A stretch of 64,000 nt of DNA. Source: Nitrospirota bacterium (GTDB taxonomy: Bacteria; Nitrospirota; Nitrospiria; Nitrospirales; NS-4). A program made the position numbers and the translations under genes. Of the stretch, positions 42,996 to 52,779 are shown one piece after another (the first letter of the stretch is position 1; each line of letters begins with the position of its first letter). The notes below the pieces were generated by a model. The model ran no database searches, was not told the origin of the DNA, and saw only the letters and a list, made by a program, of their open reading frames with translations. The DNA lies in assembly GCA_963788195.1 (NCBI GenBank), contig CAWBGA010000005.1, positions 96,001-160,000 of the forward strand, read 5' to 3'.

Positions 42996-44229
42996 TTAGG
43001 TCTCAACACACCGAAAGCCGGCATAGACATACCGATAGTCCGGGCGAAACCAGTTTCGAAAGGAGCGCCGAAGTAAAGACGCCGCGGTGAGGGCGGAGCC
43101 ACCCTTCAGCACGTAATGACCCCCGCCGAAAAACGGAGCCGAGTACCCGGGATAAAAGGAGAACGGTTCAAAGCCGGGGAAGGGATGGAAGACCGTGGAG
43201 GTCCATTCCCAGCCGTTGCCGACGAGTTGCGACACGCCAAAGGCGCTATCACCTCCCGGGGACGCCGACACCGGAATGGGATCCCATCGGGCGAAGTCGA
43301 AATTGCCACGTGACTCATCTGGAGCCGTATCGCCCCACGGATATTGAGACTCCTCCGCGGCCGTTGGAGCTTCCGTAAGCCGCGCGGTGAAACTGCGCTT
43401 CGCTGGGTAAGCTCTTTCCCGCCCATCGGGCGTAGGCCTCTGCTTCCGAATACGTACAGTAGACCGGCCAATTCAATGGCAGAGGTATTTCTTCGAACAT
43501 GGTGCGCAACCACCACTGGCCGCTGTGTTGTTTCCAGAGGTGTGGGGCGGTCGCGCCGGCGCGGACGAACTCGAGATACTGGCCGTTCGTAACCTTGTAC
43601 TTGTCGATCACGAACGACGGAACATACACGGTGTGCCCCGCGAATTCGTTGTCCCACCCGAACCCCTCTTGCCGTTCCCGTCCTAACATCACAGAACCGG
43701 CAGGGATCTCAATCATGCGGTGAACCGGAACTGATCCCTCTGCAGGGGGCAGCGGAGCGGGCCCTCTTTTTCGATCCTGAGAGAGATTATGCAGGATATA
43801 GGAGAAGGTCTCGGCATGCATCAGGCGATGCTCGACTGCGACGTGAATGATGTCCTCCGAGGCCTCATCCAGAATGCTGTCCAATTTCTCGCGAACTTGG
43901 CGGTTGTAGCTGTAGATTTCTTTGAGCGACGGCCAGTCGGAGGCCTGATCTGAAGGTAGCTGCCCTTGCGGCGGATCAATGCCGAACGCGAACAGCCGAT
44001 CCCATTCAGCATGAACAGCCGTCATGGCTAGGGCGCCGGCGCCGATAAGGTTCCAGTCGAACGCCTCCAGGTGGCCAAGGTAGAAGACCATTCTGTGTCG
44101 CTCAGGAACGGGGCGGTCGTAAAGGGATTCCGGATGAACCAGATGGAACAGTTCATCCGTCCGTCGGCGGGCCTGCAGAAGCGCTCTTCTCAGAGGTATA
44201 GTCCGGGTAGCTGGAGTGTTAAGACGCAC
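42996..44229 (-). CDS. EgtB/OvoA-family non-heme iron sulfoxide synthase (DinB-like + FGE domain), apparent frameshift near 43356
   Basis: FYLGH and EHRLMH His triad; FGWDNE, LPSEAQF, GNGWEWT, YPGYSAPFF, FRNWF, AGFRC. Confidence 0.88.
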
Positions 44230-44370
44230 GATGGTGCCTCCGTTGATCTCACGTAGTCAACAGAGGACCATACTACCACGCCTCGGCGCGTCCGAGACCC
44301 GAGGCTTACGGATAGTGAAGGGGCAGTACCAAAGAGTGGTTTTGGCCGGAGAGGTCCGGAGCGCCTACAC

Positions 44371-44556
44371 CTACCGGGTAGAAAGTTGTGCTGAGCGAAT
44401 GCCGCCGTGGCTCCTGACCTGTCCGGCGAGATTATGCCCCGCTGTGGGAGGGAACACCATTGCCCCGCAGTTTATGCATCGGCATTCATAAAAGTGCTGG
44501 TAGAAATCGGAGCCTCGCGCTGTGACCATCAGGCCTTTACACTTAGAACACGTCAT
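44371..44556 (-). CDS. 61-aa zinc-ribbon microprotein
   Basis: AAGGAGG RBS; MTCSKCKGLMV...CRCINCG; paralogue of 7070-7240. Confidence 0.75.
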   Translation of the reverse strand: MTCSKCKGLMVTARGSDFYQHFYECRCINCGAMVFPPTAGHNLAGQVRSHGGIRSAQLSTR

Positions 44557-44610
44557 GGTCCACCCTCCTTTGAATGATCCACACAACATTCTTCAGTTGC
44601 CGGGAAAGAG

Positions 44611-44626
44611 AGCAAGAGAAATGCCA
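44611..44626 (-). promoter_or_regulatory. sigma-54 (-24/-12) promoter
   Basis: Minus strand reads TGGCATTTCTCTTGCT. Confidence 0.75.
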
Positions 44627-44758
44627 CCTAGGTACTTGTGACAGGAATAGCCAAAATCTGAAATGACCAGCCAACTAACTGGTATTCCAGGCCCCCGCGG
44701 CCAAAATGCTGACGGCAGAGGCCGCAAAGCGCCATCAATCAGTCAAGGGCAAAGGCAT

Positions 44759-44889
44759 AAAAGGGGGACAGGCAACTTTTTCGGAACGAAGGAATGTTTG
44801 GGCCAGGGGAAGAAGAATCTGTCTTGGCAGATTCCAGAGCTGGGCGGGTGCAATAGAGAATCACTGAAAAAGTAGCCTGTCCCCTTTTT
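44759..44889. repeat. GGGGACAG-family paired inverted repeat enclosing a GTCTTGGC hairpin module
   Basis: AAAAGGGGGACAGGCAACTTTTTC ... GAAAAAGTAGCCTGTCCCCTTTTT; inner module at 44815-44850. Confidence 0.8.
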
Positions 44890-44942
44890 CCCTATTCCGG
44901 GCGGGTGCGACAGCGTTCGGGGAAGGGGGGAGCGACCCTATT

Positions 44943-46157
44943 TCAGCCCCCGGCAATCATACGAATGCGATGATTAAAGGTGTCGGCGATGTAGATATTG
45001 CCGGCACTGTCCAGGGCAACGCCAAAGGGATAATTGAGGCCGCTAATGCTCGCCGGTCCTCCGTCGCCGGAGAATTCTGAGGACCCCTTTCCGGCGATCG
45101 AGGTGATAATCTTGGATTTCGGATTCCACATCCGAATCAAATGATTATCGGAATCCGTGATGTAGAGCTTTCCATCCCGAGCAAGCGCGATCCCCGTGGG
45201 ACGCGCGAGACCTGTTGAGAACTCCTTCGGATTCCCCTGGTAGCGATATTCGGTGCCGTCACCGGCAATGGTCATGATGACGCCGCTGTTTGAATCAACC
45301 CGGCGGATCCGTCCGCTGAAGGTGTCGGCAATATAGAGATTCCCTTCGGGGTCGAGCGCCAACCCGCTTGGGCCCGACAGGCCCGCCTGTGTGGCGGCCT
45401 GTCCATCGCCATCATAGTCGGAGTTGCCGTTGCCGGCGTAGGTGAAGATCCGTCCCGTGGGTAGTTCGAGGGCGCGAACGCGGTAGTTTGCCAGGTCAGC
45501 TATGTATAAGCGGCCGGCGCGCTCGTCTACTGCCAGTGCGACCGGCTCGTTCAACGCGGCTTTGACGCCGGGGCCATTGTCGCCGTTGAATCGCGCGGCG
45601 CCGGTACCCGCCACCGTGGTGATCAGCCCGCTCGCGGCATCGACGCGCCGGACGCGATGATTGAACGTGTCGGCGATATACAGCGTACCCTGCGAATCGA
45701 CGGCAGTGGCGGACGGAAAGTTCAGCGTCGCCTCCGCCGCCGGGCCGCCGTCCCCTCGAAATCGTCCTTTCTCTGTCGTCCCCGTCACGAAGCGGACCGT
45801 GCCGCTTTGGTCCGGGAGCTGCACGAAGCGGGGTTCATTCTTCGCGTCGGGGTCGGCCAAGGGGTCTTCCTCGACCGCCGAGTGTGCCGGGGAAACGGGT
45901 GGCGGAGCGGATCGAGATGACGCCTCTGTGAAGAAGCCGCCGCCGGCCACAGTGGTGATGATCCCCGTCTGCAGATCGAGGCGGCGAATACGATGGTTCT
46001 CGGCATCGGCGATGTAAAGGAATCGGCCCGCCGCCGTGATACTTTTCGGCTCGTTCAGCATGGCCTCGAGGGCCGGCCCGCCGTCACCGGCATATCCCGG
46101 CTCCCCGGTACCCGCGATTGTCATGATGGAAAACGGGGTCAGCGTCGATTTATTCAT
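44943..46157 (-). CDS. NHL-repeat beta-propeller protein
   Basis: Repeated GDGGPA..A.LN.P..VAVD..G.LYIADT.NHRIR. Confidence 0.92.
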   Translation of the reverse strand: MNKSTLTPFSIMTIAGTGEPGYAGDGGPALEAMLNEPKSITAAGRFLYIADAENHRIRRLDLQTGIITTVAGGGFFTEASSRSAPPPVSPAHSAVEEDPLADPDAKNEPRFVQLPDQSGTVRFVTGTTEKGRFRGDGGPAAEATLNFPSATAVDSQGTLYIADTFNHRVRRVDAASGLITTVAGTGAARFNGDNGPGVKAALNEPVALAVDERAGRLYIADLANYRVRALELPTGRIFTYAGNGNSDYDGDGQAATQAGLSGPSGLALDPEGNLYIADTFSGRIRRVDSNSGVIMTIAGDGTEYRYQGNPKEFSTGLARPTGIALARDGKLYITDSDNHLIRMWNPKSKIITSIAGKGSSEFSGDGGPASISGLNYPFGVALDSAGNIYIADTFNHRIRMIAGG

Positions 46158-46162
46158 GAGTG

Positions 46163-46212
46163 CCCTTCGACAGGCCTTTCGACTGAGCTCAGGACAGGCT
46201 CTGGGCGAACGG
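46163..46212. repeat. nested short palindromic repeat (CCCTTCGACAGGCTC.GGGCGAACGG type)
   Basis: CCCTTCGACAGGC[CTTTCGACTGAGCTCAGGACAGGC]TCTGGGCGAACGG. Confidence 0.55.
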
Positions 46213-46223
46213 GTCGAAGCGAA

Positions 46224-47297
46224 TCATTTGCCGAGGGATTCAATGATTAAGCGGCCCATCTCTTTCGTCCCGACGAGCCTGGTTCCCCCGGCATGGATAT
46301 CCTTGGTGCGATAACCTTGCTCAAGAACCCGCACGATCGCCTGCTCCACCGCCGTTGCCTCCTTATCGAGATTAAAGGCATGGCTGAGCATCATCGCGGC
46401 CGAGGCGATCGTCGCAATCGGATTGGCCAGGTCCTTCCCGGCGATGTCGGGAGCGCTGCCATGGATGGGCTCGAACATCCCGACGGTTCCTCCCAGGCTG
46501 GCCGACGGCAGCATGCCGATTGACCCTGTCAGCATTGCCGCTTCGTCGCTCAAGATGTCGCCGAATAGATTCGTCGTGACCAATACGTCGAACTGTGATG
46601 GATTGCGCACGAGCTGCATCGCGCAATTGTCCACGTAAAGATGGCTGAGCTCAACGTCGGAGTAGCCTTTGGCTACGGATATCACGACCCGGCGCCAGAG
46701 CTCGGACGATTCAAGGACATTCGCCTTGTCGACAGATGTCACCTTGCGGCGGCGCTTGCGGGCTGTCTCAAAGGCCACCTTTGCGATCCGTTCGATCTCT
46801 CTGGTGGTGTAGACCTCCGTGTTGAAACCGCGCTCGCCTTCCGGAGTCTTTTCAATGCCCTTGGGCTGCCCGAAGTAGATCCCGCCGGTGAGTTCTCGCA
46901 CGACTAGAAGGTCGATGCCGAGGATCACCTCCCGCTTGAGCGTCGAGGCGTCGGCGAGCATCGGATAGAGTTTTGCCGGACGCAGGTTCGCGTAGAGGCC
47001 GAGTTGCTCGCGGAGCCCGAGCAGGGCCCGCTCCGGCCGGACGGTATAGTCCAAGCCTTCCCATTTGGGTCCCCCGACGGCGCCCAGGAGTATCGCATCG
47101 CTCTCCTTGGCGATTTGCAGGGTGGCATCCGGAAGAGGCCTTCCGGTTAGGTCGATGGCGGCGCCGCCGACATCGGCCGTTCGAAATTCAAACTCATGCC
47201 CGAACATCTGCCCGATCCGCTGGAGGACCTGGACGGCGTGGGGCACGATCTCTGGGCCGATGCCATCTCCCGGGAGAACCGCGATACGGGCCTTCAT
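46224..47297 (-). CDS. leuB: 3-isopropylmalate dehydrogenase
   Basis: [45 protein letters not shown]. Confidence 0.97.
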   Translation of the reverse strand: MKARIAVLPGDGIGPEIVPHAVQVLQRIGQMFGHEFEFRTADVGGAAIDLTGRPLPDATLQIAKESDAILLGAVGGPKWEGLDYTVRPERALLGLREQLGLYANLRPAKLYPMLADASTLKREVILGIDLLVVRELTGGIYFGQPKGIEKTPEGERGFNTEVYTTREIERIAKVAFETARKRRRKVTSVDKANVLESSELWRRVVISVAKGYSDVELSHLYVDNCAMQLVRNPSQFDVLVTTNLFGDILSDEAAMLTGSIGMLPSASLGGTVGMFEPIHGSAPDIAGKDLANPIATIASAAMMLSHAFNLDKEATAVEQAIVRVLEQGYRTKDIHAGGTRLVGTKEMGRLIIESLGK

Positions 47298-47858
47298 GTT
47301 TTCAACATACCCGAGGCGCGGGCGTATGAGAACAGGCCGCCGGCTTTCACGATCTCAAGCACATCGCCGATCGGACGCAACCGATGAGTCGTCCCGCGCG
47401 TGAGGTTCTTCAACTCGCCGGCAGAAATAGTAATTTCCAGGTCGTCGCCCGTCTGAGTTTCGGCTACGAGGGGAAGCTCGGACTCAAAGGGCAGTAAAAA
47501 CCCGCCGTCCACCGCATTCCGGTAGAAGATCCGCGCATAGGATTCGGCCACGACGGCCGTCACACCGGCGATCTGCAGGGCCGCGGGCGCGTGCTCCCGG
47601 GAGGAGCCGCATCCGAAGTTTTTGCCTGCGAGGAGAATGTGATACGGAGAGCGATACTCGCCGTCGGGCACAAACTTGATGTTGCCTTTGGGGCAGTCCT
47701 GCGACCGCATCAGGCAGGCCGGAGAGGGCATAGGTGCCGTATTTTTTGCTTTCCTCCGGATCGCTCAGGCTGTAGACGAGATGCTTGGCGGGAATAATTT
47801 GATCCGTATCAATATTGTTTCCCAGCACATACGCTTTGCCTCTAATCACGTCCTGCAT
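47294..47858 (-). CDS. leuD: 3-isopropylmalate dehydratase small subunit, apparent frameshift near 47700
   Basis: [10 protein letters not shown] in one frame; [11 protein letters not shown] and SYARIFYRN in the other. Confidence 0.93.
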
Positions 47859-47900
47859 ACGGAGCGTTCCTATTTTTGAGCCTGGATGATAGAGGCACGG

Positions 47901-47998
47901 AAATGGCGGCAGACTCGATTTATAGCCTTATAGCGCCTGGGACAACGTATACTCTACGGGAGCAGGTGGGAAGGAATAAATCGAGTCTGACCCCATTT
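47901..47998. repeat. paired inverted repeat (GGGGTCAG variant)
   Basis: AAATGGCGGCAGACTCGATTTAT ... ATAAATCGAGTCTGACCCCATTT. Confidence 0.7.
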
Positions 47999-47999
47999 T

Positions 48000-49298
48000 C
48001 TACAGAAATTCCCGCGGATCCGTGATCTCGCCGGTTATCGCCGATGCCGCGACCGTGTACGGCGATGCCAGGTAGACTTGCGCGGTTTTGGATCCCATGC
48101 GTCCGGGGAAGTTCCTGTTGGTGGTTGAAATGCACACCTCGCTCTTGTTCAGCCTGCCGAAGGTGTCCGAAGGTCCTCCCAGGCACGCGGCGCAAGACGC
48201 GCCCTGTGAAATCTTCGCCCCGGCCTTCTGAAAGATCTCCAGGAGTGTTTCCCCGTCGTGCATGGTCGTGCCGAGGCCCCGAGCGACCTCGGTTGTAGCT
48301 GGAACAATGTAGGTGTCGGCTTTGACCTGATGGCCTTTGAGAATCTTCGCGGCCGCCAGGAAATCGTTGAGCTTGCCGCCGGTGCACGAGCCGATATAGG
48401 CGCGATCGAGTTTCGTGCCCCGGGATTCGCGTGCCGTGCCTCGATTGTCCGGCGAGTGCGGCTTCGCGACGGTGGGTTCGATCTCGGCGGTCTTATATCG
48501 GCGCACGCTGTGGAAGCGGGCATCCGGATCGTCGGACACGGGTTGGTAGGGCTTGGCGGTTTTGGATTTGACAAACTGCTCCGTCACGGCATCCGTCGGG
48601 ATGACTCCGTTTTTCCCTCCCGCCTCGATGACCATGTTGCAAAGCGTCATCCGTTCTTCGATGGATAGGGACATGACACCGTCGCCGGCAAACTCCATTG
48701 CGCGATACGTCGCGCCGTCCACGCCGATGTCGCCGATGATATGCAGGATTAGATCTTTCGCCATGAGGTACGGGGGCAATGGTCCGTCAAACTCGAATCG
48801 CATGGTCTCCGGCACCTTCACCCAGAGCTTGCCGGTTCCCAAAATAAACGCGGCGTCGGTATTGCCGATGCCGCTGGCAAACTCTCCGAAGGCGCCCGCG
48901 GTGCAGGTATGGGAATCAGTACCAAATAAGACCTCGCCGGGACGCGTGTGGCCTTCCTCGGGAAGGGCGATGTGGCACACGCCTTTGTACTTGTCGGTGC
49001 CGACGTCATAGTAGTACGGCAGATCCTGCTCCTTCACGAAGTCCCGGAGCAGATCGATGTTACGATGAGCGTGCTGATCGTTGGTAAAAATATAGTGATC
49101 GGGAATAATGACGACCTTCTCGCGGTCCCAGACCTTGGCCTTTGGCCCGAACTCTTTATGAAAGATTCCGATCGTGCCCGGGCCACAGACATCATGGGTC
49201 ATGAGAATGTCCACATCCACCCAGATGTTGTCTCCGGCAGTCGCATTTTTGCGCTTGGCGTGCCTGGCCAGAATCTTCTCGGTCATCGTCATGCCCAT
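48000..49298 (-). CDS. leuC: 3-isopropylmalate dehydratase large subunit
   Basis: MTMTEKIL, GVCH, DSHTCT.GAFG, IGSCTGG, CAACLG, STTNRNFPGRMG. Confidence 0.95.
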   Translation of the reverse strand: MGMTMTEKILARHAKRKNATAGDNIWVDVDILMTHDVCGPGTIGIFHKEFGPKAKVWDREKVVIIPDHYIFTNDQHAHRNIDLLRDFVKEQDLPYYYDVGTDKYKGVCHIALPEEGHTRPGEVLFGTDSHTCTAGAFGEFASGIGNTDAAFILGTGKLWVKVPETMRFEFDGPLPPYLMAKDLILHIIGDIGVDGATYRAMEFAGDGVMSLSIEERMTLCNMVIEAGGKNGVIPTDAVTEQFVKSKTAKPYQPVSDDPDARFHSVRRYKTAEIEPTVAKPHSPDNRGTARESRGTKLDRAYIGSCTGGKLNDFLAAAKILKGHQVKADTYIVPATTEVARGLGTTMHDGETLLEIFQKAGAKISQGASCAACLGGPSDTFGRLNKSEVCISTTNRNFPGRMGSKTAQVYLASPYTVAASAITGEITDPREFL

Positions 49299-49410
49299 AG
49301 AATTCCTCGCGATAAGCGAATGAGATAGTACCGGAGAAGTCCGCGAAAGATCAAGCTTCCCGCCGGTTCCTGCAATTGACAAGCCGCGCGGCATTCCGCT
49401 ATCGTGCGGC

Positions 49411-50088
49411 ATGCAAGTCAGCCCTTCGGGGGGCTCGGGAGGCGCGCTCGACCCCGTCCCTATTCCGAATGTCATTCCCTTGTTTCCTCTCCCGAATCTG
49501 GTCTTCTTTCCGAGGACCTACCTGCCTCTCCACATCTTTGAGCCGCGCTACCGGGAGATGGTCCAGGCGGCCGAGGCCAGTCATCGGATCGTCGGGATGG
49601 TGCTCTTGAAGGAAGGATGGGAGGCCGATTACGAAGGAACTCCCGCAATCTACCCCATGGGATGCATCGGCCGGATGATCAACGTGCAGCGGCTGGTCGA
49701 TGGGCGTTTCAACATTCTCCTACAGGGACTTGGTCGATTCGAGATCGAGCAGGAATTGGGAACGCAAAGCTACCGCCAGGGCCGGATTGTCTTAAAAGAC
49801 GTATCCCAACCTGACACGACCCTGCCCCGCGAGATCCGCACCGAACTTTTAACGGTGGTGGCAGGCTTCATGCGTAGCAAGGAGGATGAACTGGCGCTCT
49901 CTGCCTTGCTTCGCCAGCCTGTCTATGACGATGTGCTCGTGCAAAACCTGTCATTCGCGCTGGACTTCACCCCACTGGAGAAGCAATTCCTCTTGGAGGC
50001 CGAATCACTGACCCAGCAGGCTCGCCGAATTTTAGATCTGCTGCAATTCAAGCGTCACGAACGAAACGAACAAACCGGGTGGGGTTAA
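49411..50088 (+). CDS. Lon N-terminal (substrate-binding) domain protein
   Basis: IPLFPLPNLVFFP...LPLHIFEPRYR.MV, DGRFNILLQG. Confidence 0.9.
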   Translation: MQVSPSGGSGGALDPVPIPNVIPLFPLPNLVFFPRTYLPLHIFEPRYREMVQAAEASHRIVGMVLLKEGWEADYEGTPAIYPMGCIGRMINVQRLVDGRFNILLQGLGRFEIEQELGTQSYRQGRIVLKDVSQPDTTLPREIRTELLTVVAGFMRSKEDELALSALLRQPVYDDVLVQNLSFALDFTPLEKQFLLEAESLTQQARRILDLLQFKRHERNEQTGWG

Positions 50089-51053
50089 AGGTGGCGCCCT
50101 CGGCGGTAGCTATTGAAGCCCTGCACTTGTCCAAGAAGTACCCGGGCGGGACGACCGCCGCGGAGGATATTTCATTTCAGGTCAACGCCGGAGAAGTCTT
50201 CGGGCTCGTAGGCCCGAACGGGGCCGGTAAAACCACGACCCTGCGGATCTTGATTACCGTGCTGGAGCCTTCAGGTGGGACGGCGCGTGTTCTCGGCATG
50301 GACGTCGTGAAAGACGCGACCAAGGTACGTCAGGCGATCGGCTATGTGCCGCAGGAGCGGGCGATTGATCGCTTTCTGACGGGCCGCGAGCATCTTGAAT
50401 TGCTGGCCAGCCTCTATCACCTGCCGAAGGGAGAGGCCGCGGGTCGCATTCAAGAGGTGCTGGGATTGGTGGGGCTCGAGCACAAGGCGGATGAGGTCGC
50501 GCGCAACTATTCGGGCGGCATGAAACGCAAGCTGGACATCGCCTGTGGATTAATCCCCTCCCCCAAAGTTTTGTTCATGGATGAGCCGACCTTGGGGCTG
50601 GACGTAGAAAGCCGGCTCAAGATCTGGACGCACGTCCGGGAACTCAAGGCGCGCGGCATCACGATTCTTTTGACCACGAACTATCTTGACGAAGCGGACC
50701 AGCTTTGCGACCGGATCGCGATCATCGATGGCGGACGCGTGAAGGCGGTCGGCTCGCCGGCAGAGTTGAAGTCCAGCCTCGGCGGTGATGTCGTGACTCT
50801 CACGCTGGCGCAGAGTGATCTGGAAAAGGTCGAAGCGCTGGCCCAGGCGTTGAAAAGCCTTCCCGGAGTCCGCGCGGTCAGCACCAAACAGAATCTGCTC
50901 GACATCCGGGTGGCCTCGCCGGAAGCAAGCCTGCCCGCGATCCTGGGAGCCGTCACGACACATGGTTGCCGCCTTGAATTCGTCGACTATCACCGGCCCC
51001 GGCTGGACGACGTCTTCATGGCCTACGCCGGCCGCCGCATCAAAGAAGATTAA
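50079..51053 (+). CDS. ABC-2 exporter ATPase (DrrA-like)
   Basis: GPNGAGKTT, YSGGMKRKLDIA, DEPTLGLD. Confidence 0.92.
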   Translation: MGLKVAPSAVAIEALHLSKKYPGGTTAAEDISFQVNAGEVFGLVGPNGAGKTTTLRILITVLEPSGGTARVLGMDVVKDATKVRQAIGYVPQERAIDRFLTGREHLELLASLYHLPKGEAAGRIQEVLGLVGLEHKADEVARNYSGGMKRKLDIACGLIPSPKVLFMDEPTLGLDVESRLKIWTHVRELKARGITILLTTNYLDEADQLCDRIAIIDGGRVKAVGSPAELKSSLGGDVVTLTLAQSDLEKVEALAQALKSLPGVRAVSTKQNLLDIRVASPEASLPAILGAVTTHGCRLEFVDYHRPRLDDVFMAYAGRRIKED

Positions 51054-51063
51054 AGGAACCATA

Positions 51064-51844
51064 ATGGAAGCGTATCTGCAAGAGGTCGGCGCGCTGACGA
51101 CGCGCTGGGTGAAACGCTTGAGCCGTGAAAAGTTCAGCATGCTGTTCACGCTGTTTCAACCGATGGTCTTCTGGCTGATCTTCTTCGGGAATCTGTTTCA
51201 GCGCACGGCGAATACCGAAGTGGTCCAGTCGCCGAGCTACATCGCCTTTCTCGCAGCGGGCGTCGTCGTCATGACGGTTCTGAACAACGGGCTCGCGGGC
51301 GGGGTGGATCTGCTCTTCGACAAGGAGAACGGATTTCTTGAGCGACTGATGTCCACGCCGATTTCCCGCACGTCGGTGATCATGAGCCGGTTCGTCTTTG
51401 TGATGACGATCACCTCGTTGCAAGTCCTGGTGATCCTCGGCGTCGCGTATCTCTTCGGCGTGCGTCCGGTCACGGGATTCGGCGGGATCGCCGTGATCAT
51501 TCTCATCGGCCTGTTATTCGGCAGTCGGCCTCACCGCGATCTCCATGGCCCTGGCCTTTTCGGTCAAGAGTCATGGCGATTTCTTTTCCATGCTGGGGTT
51601 TCTCTCCCTCCCGATGATCTTCCTCAGCACGGCGCTCGTGCCGATGTCCGCCATGCCCGGATGGATGGCGGCTCTTGCGCTTCTGAATCCGATGACCTGG
51701 GCCATCGACGCGGTCAGGCCGCTGATCCTCCAGGGCTGGTCGGCCGCCGTCAAGCCGCTCATCATCGTCGTGATCGTCATGGCCGTCTTCGACACCGTCT
51801 GCCTCTGGATCGCCTCCCGCGCCTTCCGCAAAACCCTCGGCTAG
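51064..51844 (+). CDS. ABC-2 exporter permease, apparent frameshift near 51522
   Basis: LFQPMVFWLIFFG, DKENGFLERLMSTP; LPMIFLSTALVP and LNPMTWAIDAVR in the shifted frame. Confidence 0.88.
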
Positions 51845-51852
51845 GTTTAAAG

Positions 51853-51922
51853 CCTTCTCCCCCGGGCACCCATTGCCGTCTCCAATTGCAATGGGTCAAG
51901 CAGAGAGGGCAGGGTGAGGGGG
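51853..51922. repeat. CCTTCTCCC...GAGAGGGCAGGGTGAGGGG palindromic repeat with an inserted hairpin module
   Basis: Insert CCGGGCACCCATTGC...GCAATGGGTCAAG resembles the hairpin in the 78-bp unit at 17.7 kb. Confidence 0.6.
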
Positions 51923-52082
51923 CTTCATCGTTCGCCCTGAGACTCTCGTTCCGAAAGAAATGGCTTCGTGGATATCGGAAAGATCCAATCTGCTAGTCAG
52001 GCTGGTTTCGCGTTCCCGCCGGCTTTGCTTGCATTGCAGGGAAACCGGATTTAACCAAAAGGCATTGTGACACAGGCGATCT

Positions 52083-52379
52083 TCAGGCCGCTGGGCGTGC
52101 CTTAACTGTTAGGTGCACGCGGGCTCCCAGCCGAGCCAGCATATCAATCAGCGCATCCGTGCTGAAGAGGTCGATGCGCCCGCGGAGGAGATCGCTGACG
52201 CGAGGCTGGGTCACGCGGAGTAGCTTTGCGGCCGTTCTCTGCTTGAGACGGCGGGAGGCGATGAGCTTTTGAACCTGTATCATAAGGTCTGCTCGGACCA
52301 GCAAATGCTCGGCCTCTTCGCGGCGGAATCCAAGGTCACGGAACACATTTCCGGTTGACGGCGTGATCTTCACTTTCAT
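52083..52379 (-). CDS. XRE/HigA-like antitoxin
   Basis: STGNVFRDLGF, AAKLLRVTQPRVSDLLRGRIDLFS.D.L. Confidence 0.9.
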   Translation of the reverse strand: MKVKITPSTGNVFRDLGFRREEAEHLLVRADLMIQVQKLIASRRLKQRTAAKLLRVTQPRVSDLLRGRIDLFSTDALIDMLARLGARVHLTVKARPAA

Positions 52380-52402
52380 GGGTATCCTCCCCTCTAATCC
52401 AC

Positions 52403-52687
52403 TCACCGCTCCGCGATGCGCGACCAAAGCCTGATACCTCTGTCTGGCGAGTTCCACGTCGTGCCGCGTAGTTTTCCTTGTCCGTTTCTCAAAGGCATGA
52501 AGCACATATATCGCTTCCGCAAACTTGGCGACATAGCACACCCGGTATTCGACCGCGGTATGAATCCGGGTTCCACTCCTTGCTGAACCCGCCGAAGCTG
52601 AAAACCGGCAAGTCGCCTGGCATCCCGCGGAAATGCCTGCAAGTCACTCCGCGATGACCCGAGCCACAAGAGCGCCCTTTCGGTCAC
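52403..52687 (-). pseudogene. RelE/HigB-like (Gp49-type) toxin with apparent internal deletion and frameshift
   Basis: WLGSSRSDL..FP...RRLAGFQLRRVQQG joins out of frame to RIHTAVEYRV.YVAKFAEAIYVLHAFEK. Confidence 0.75.
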
Positions 52688-52779
52688 GGGCTGAATATAC
52701 AAGTTCTAGTATATACTATCAAGGGCGGGGAGTTTCTTTTGATAAAATCAGCAAGGAATCGCTATCCAGGTGAGGAATC

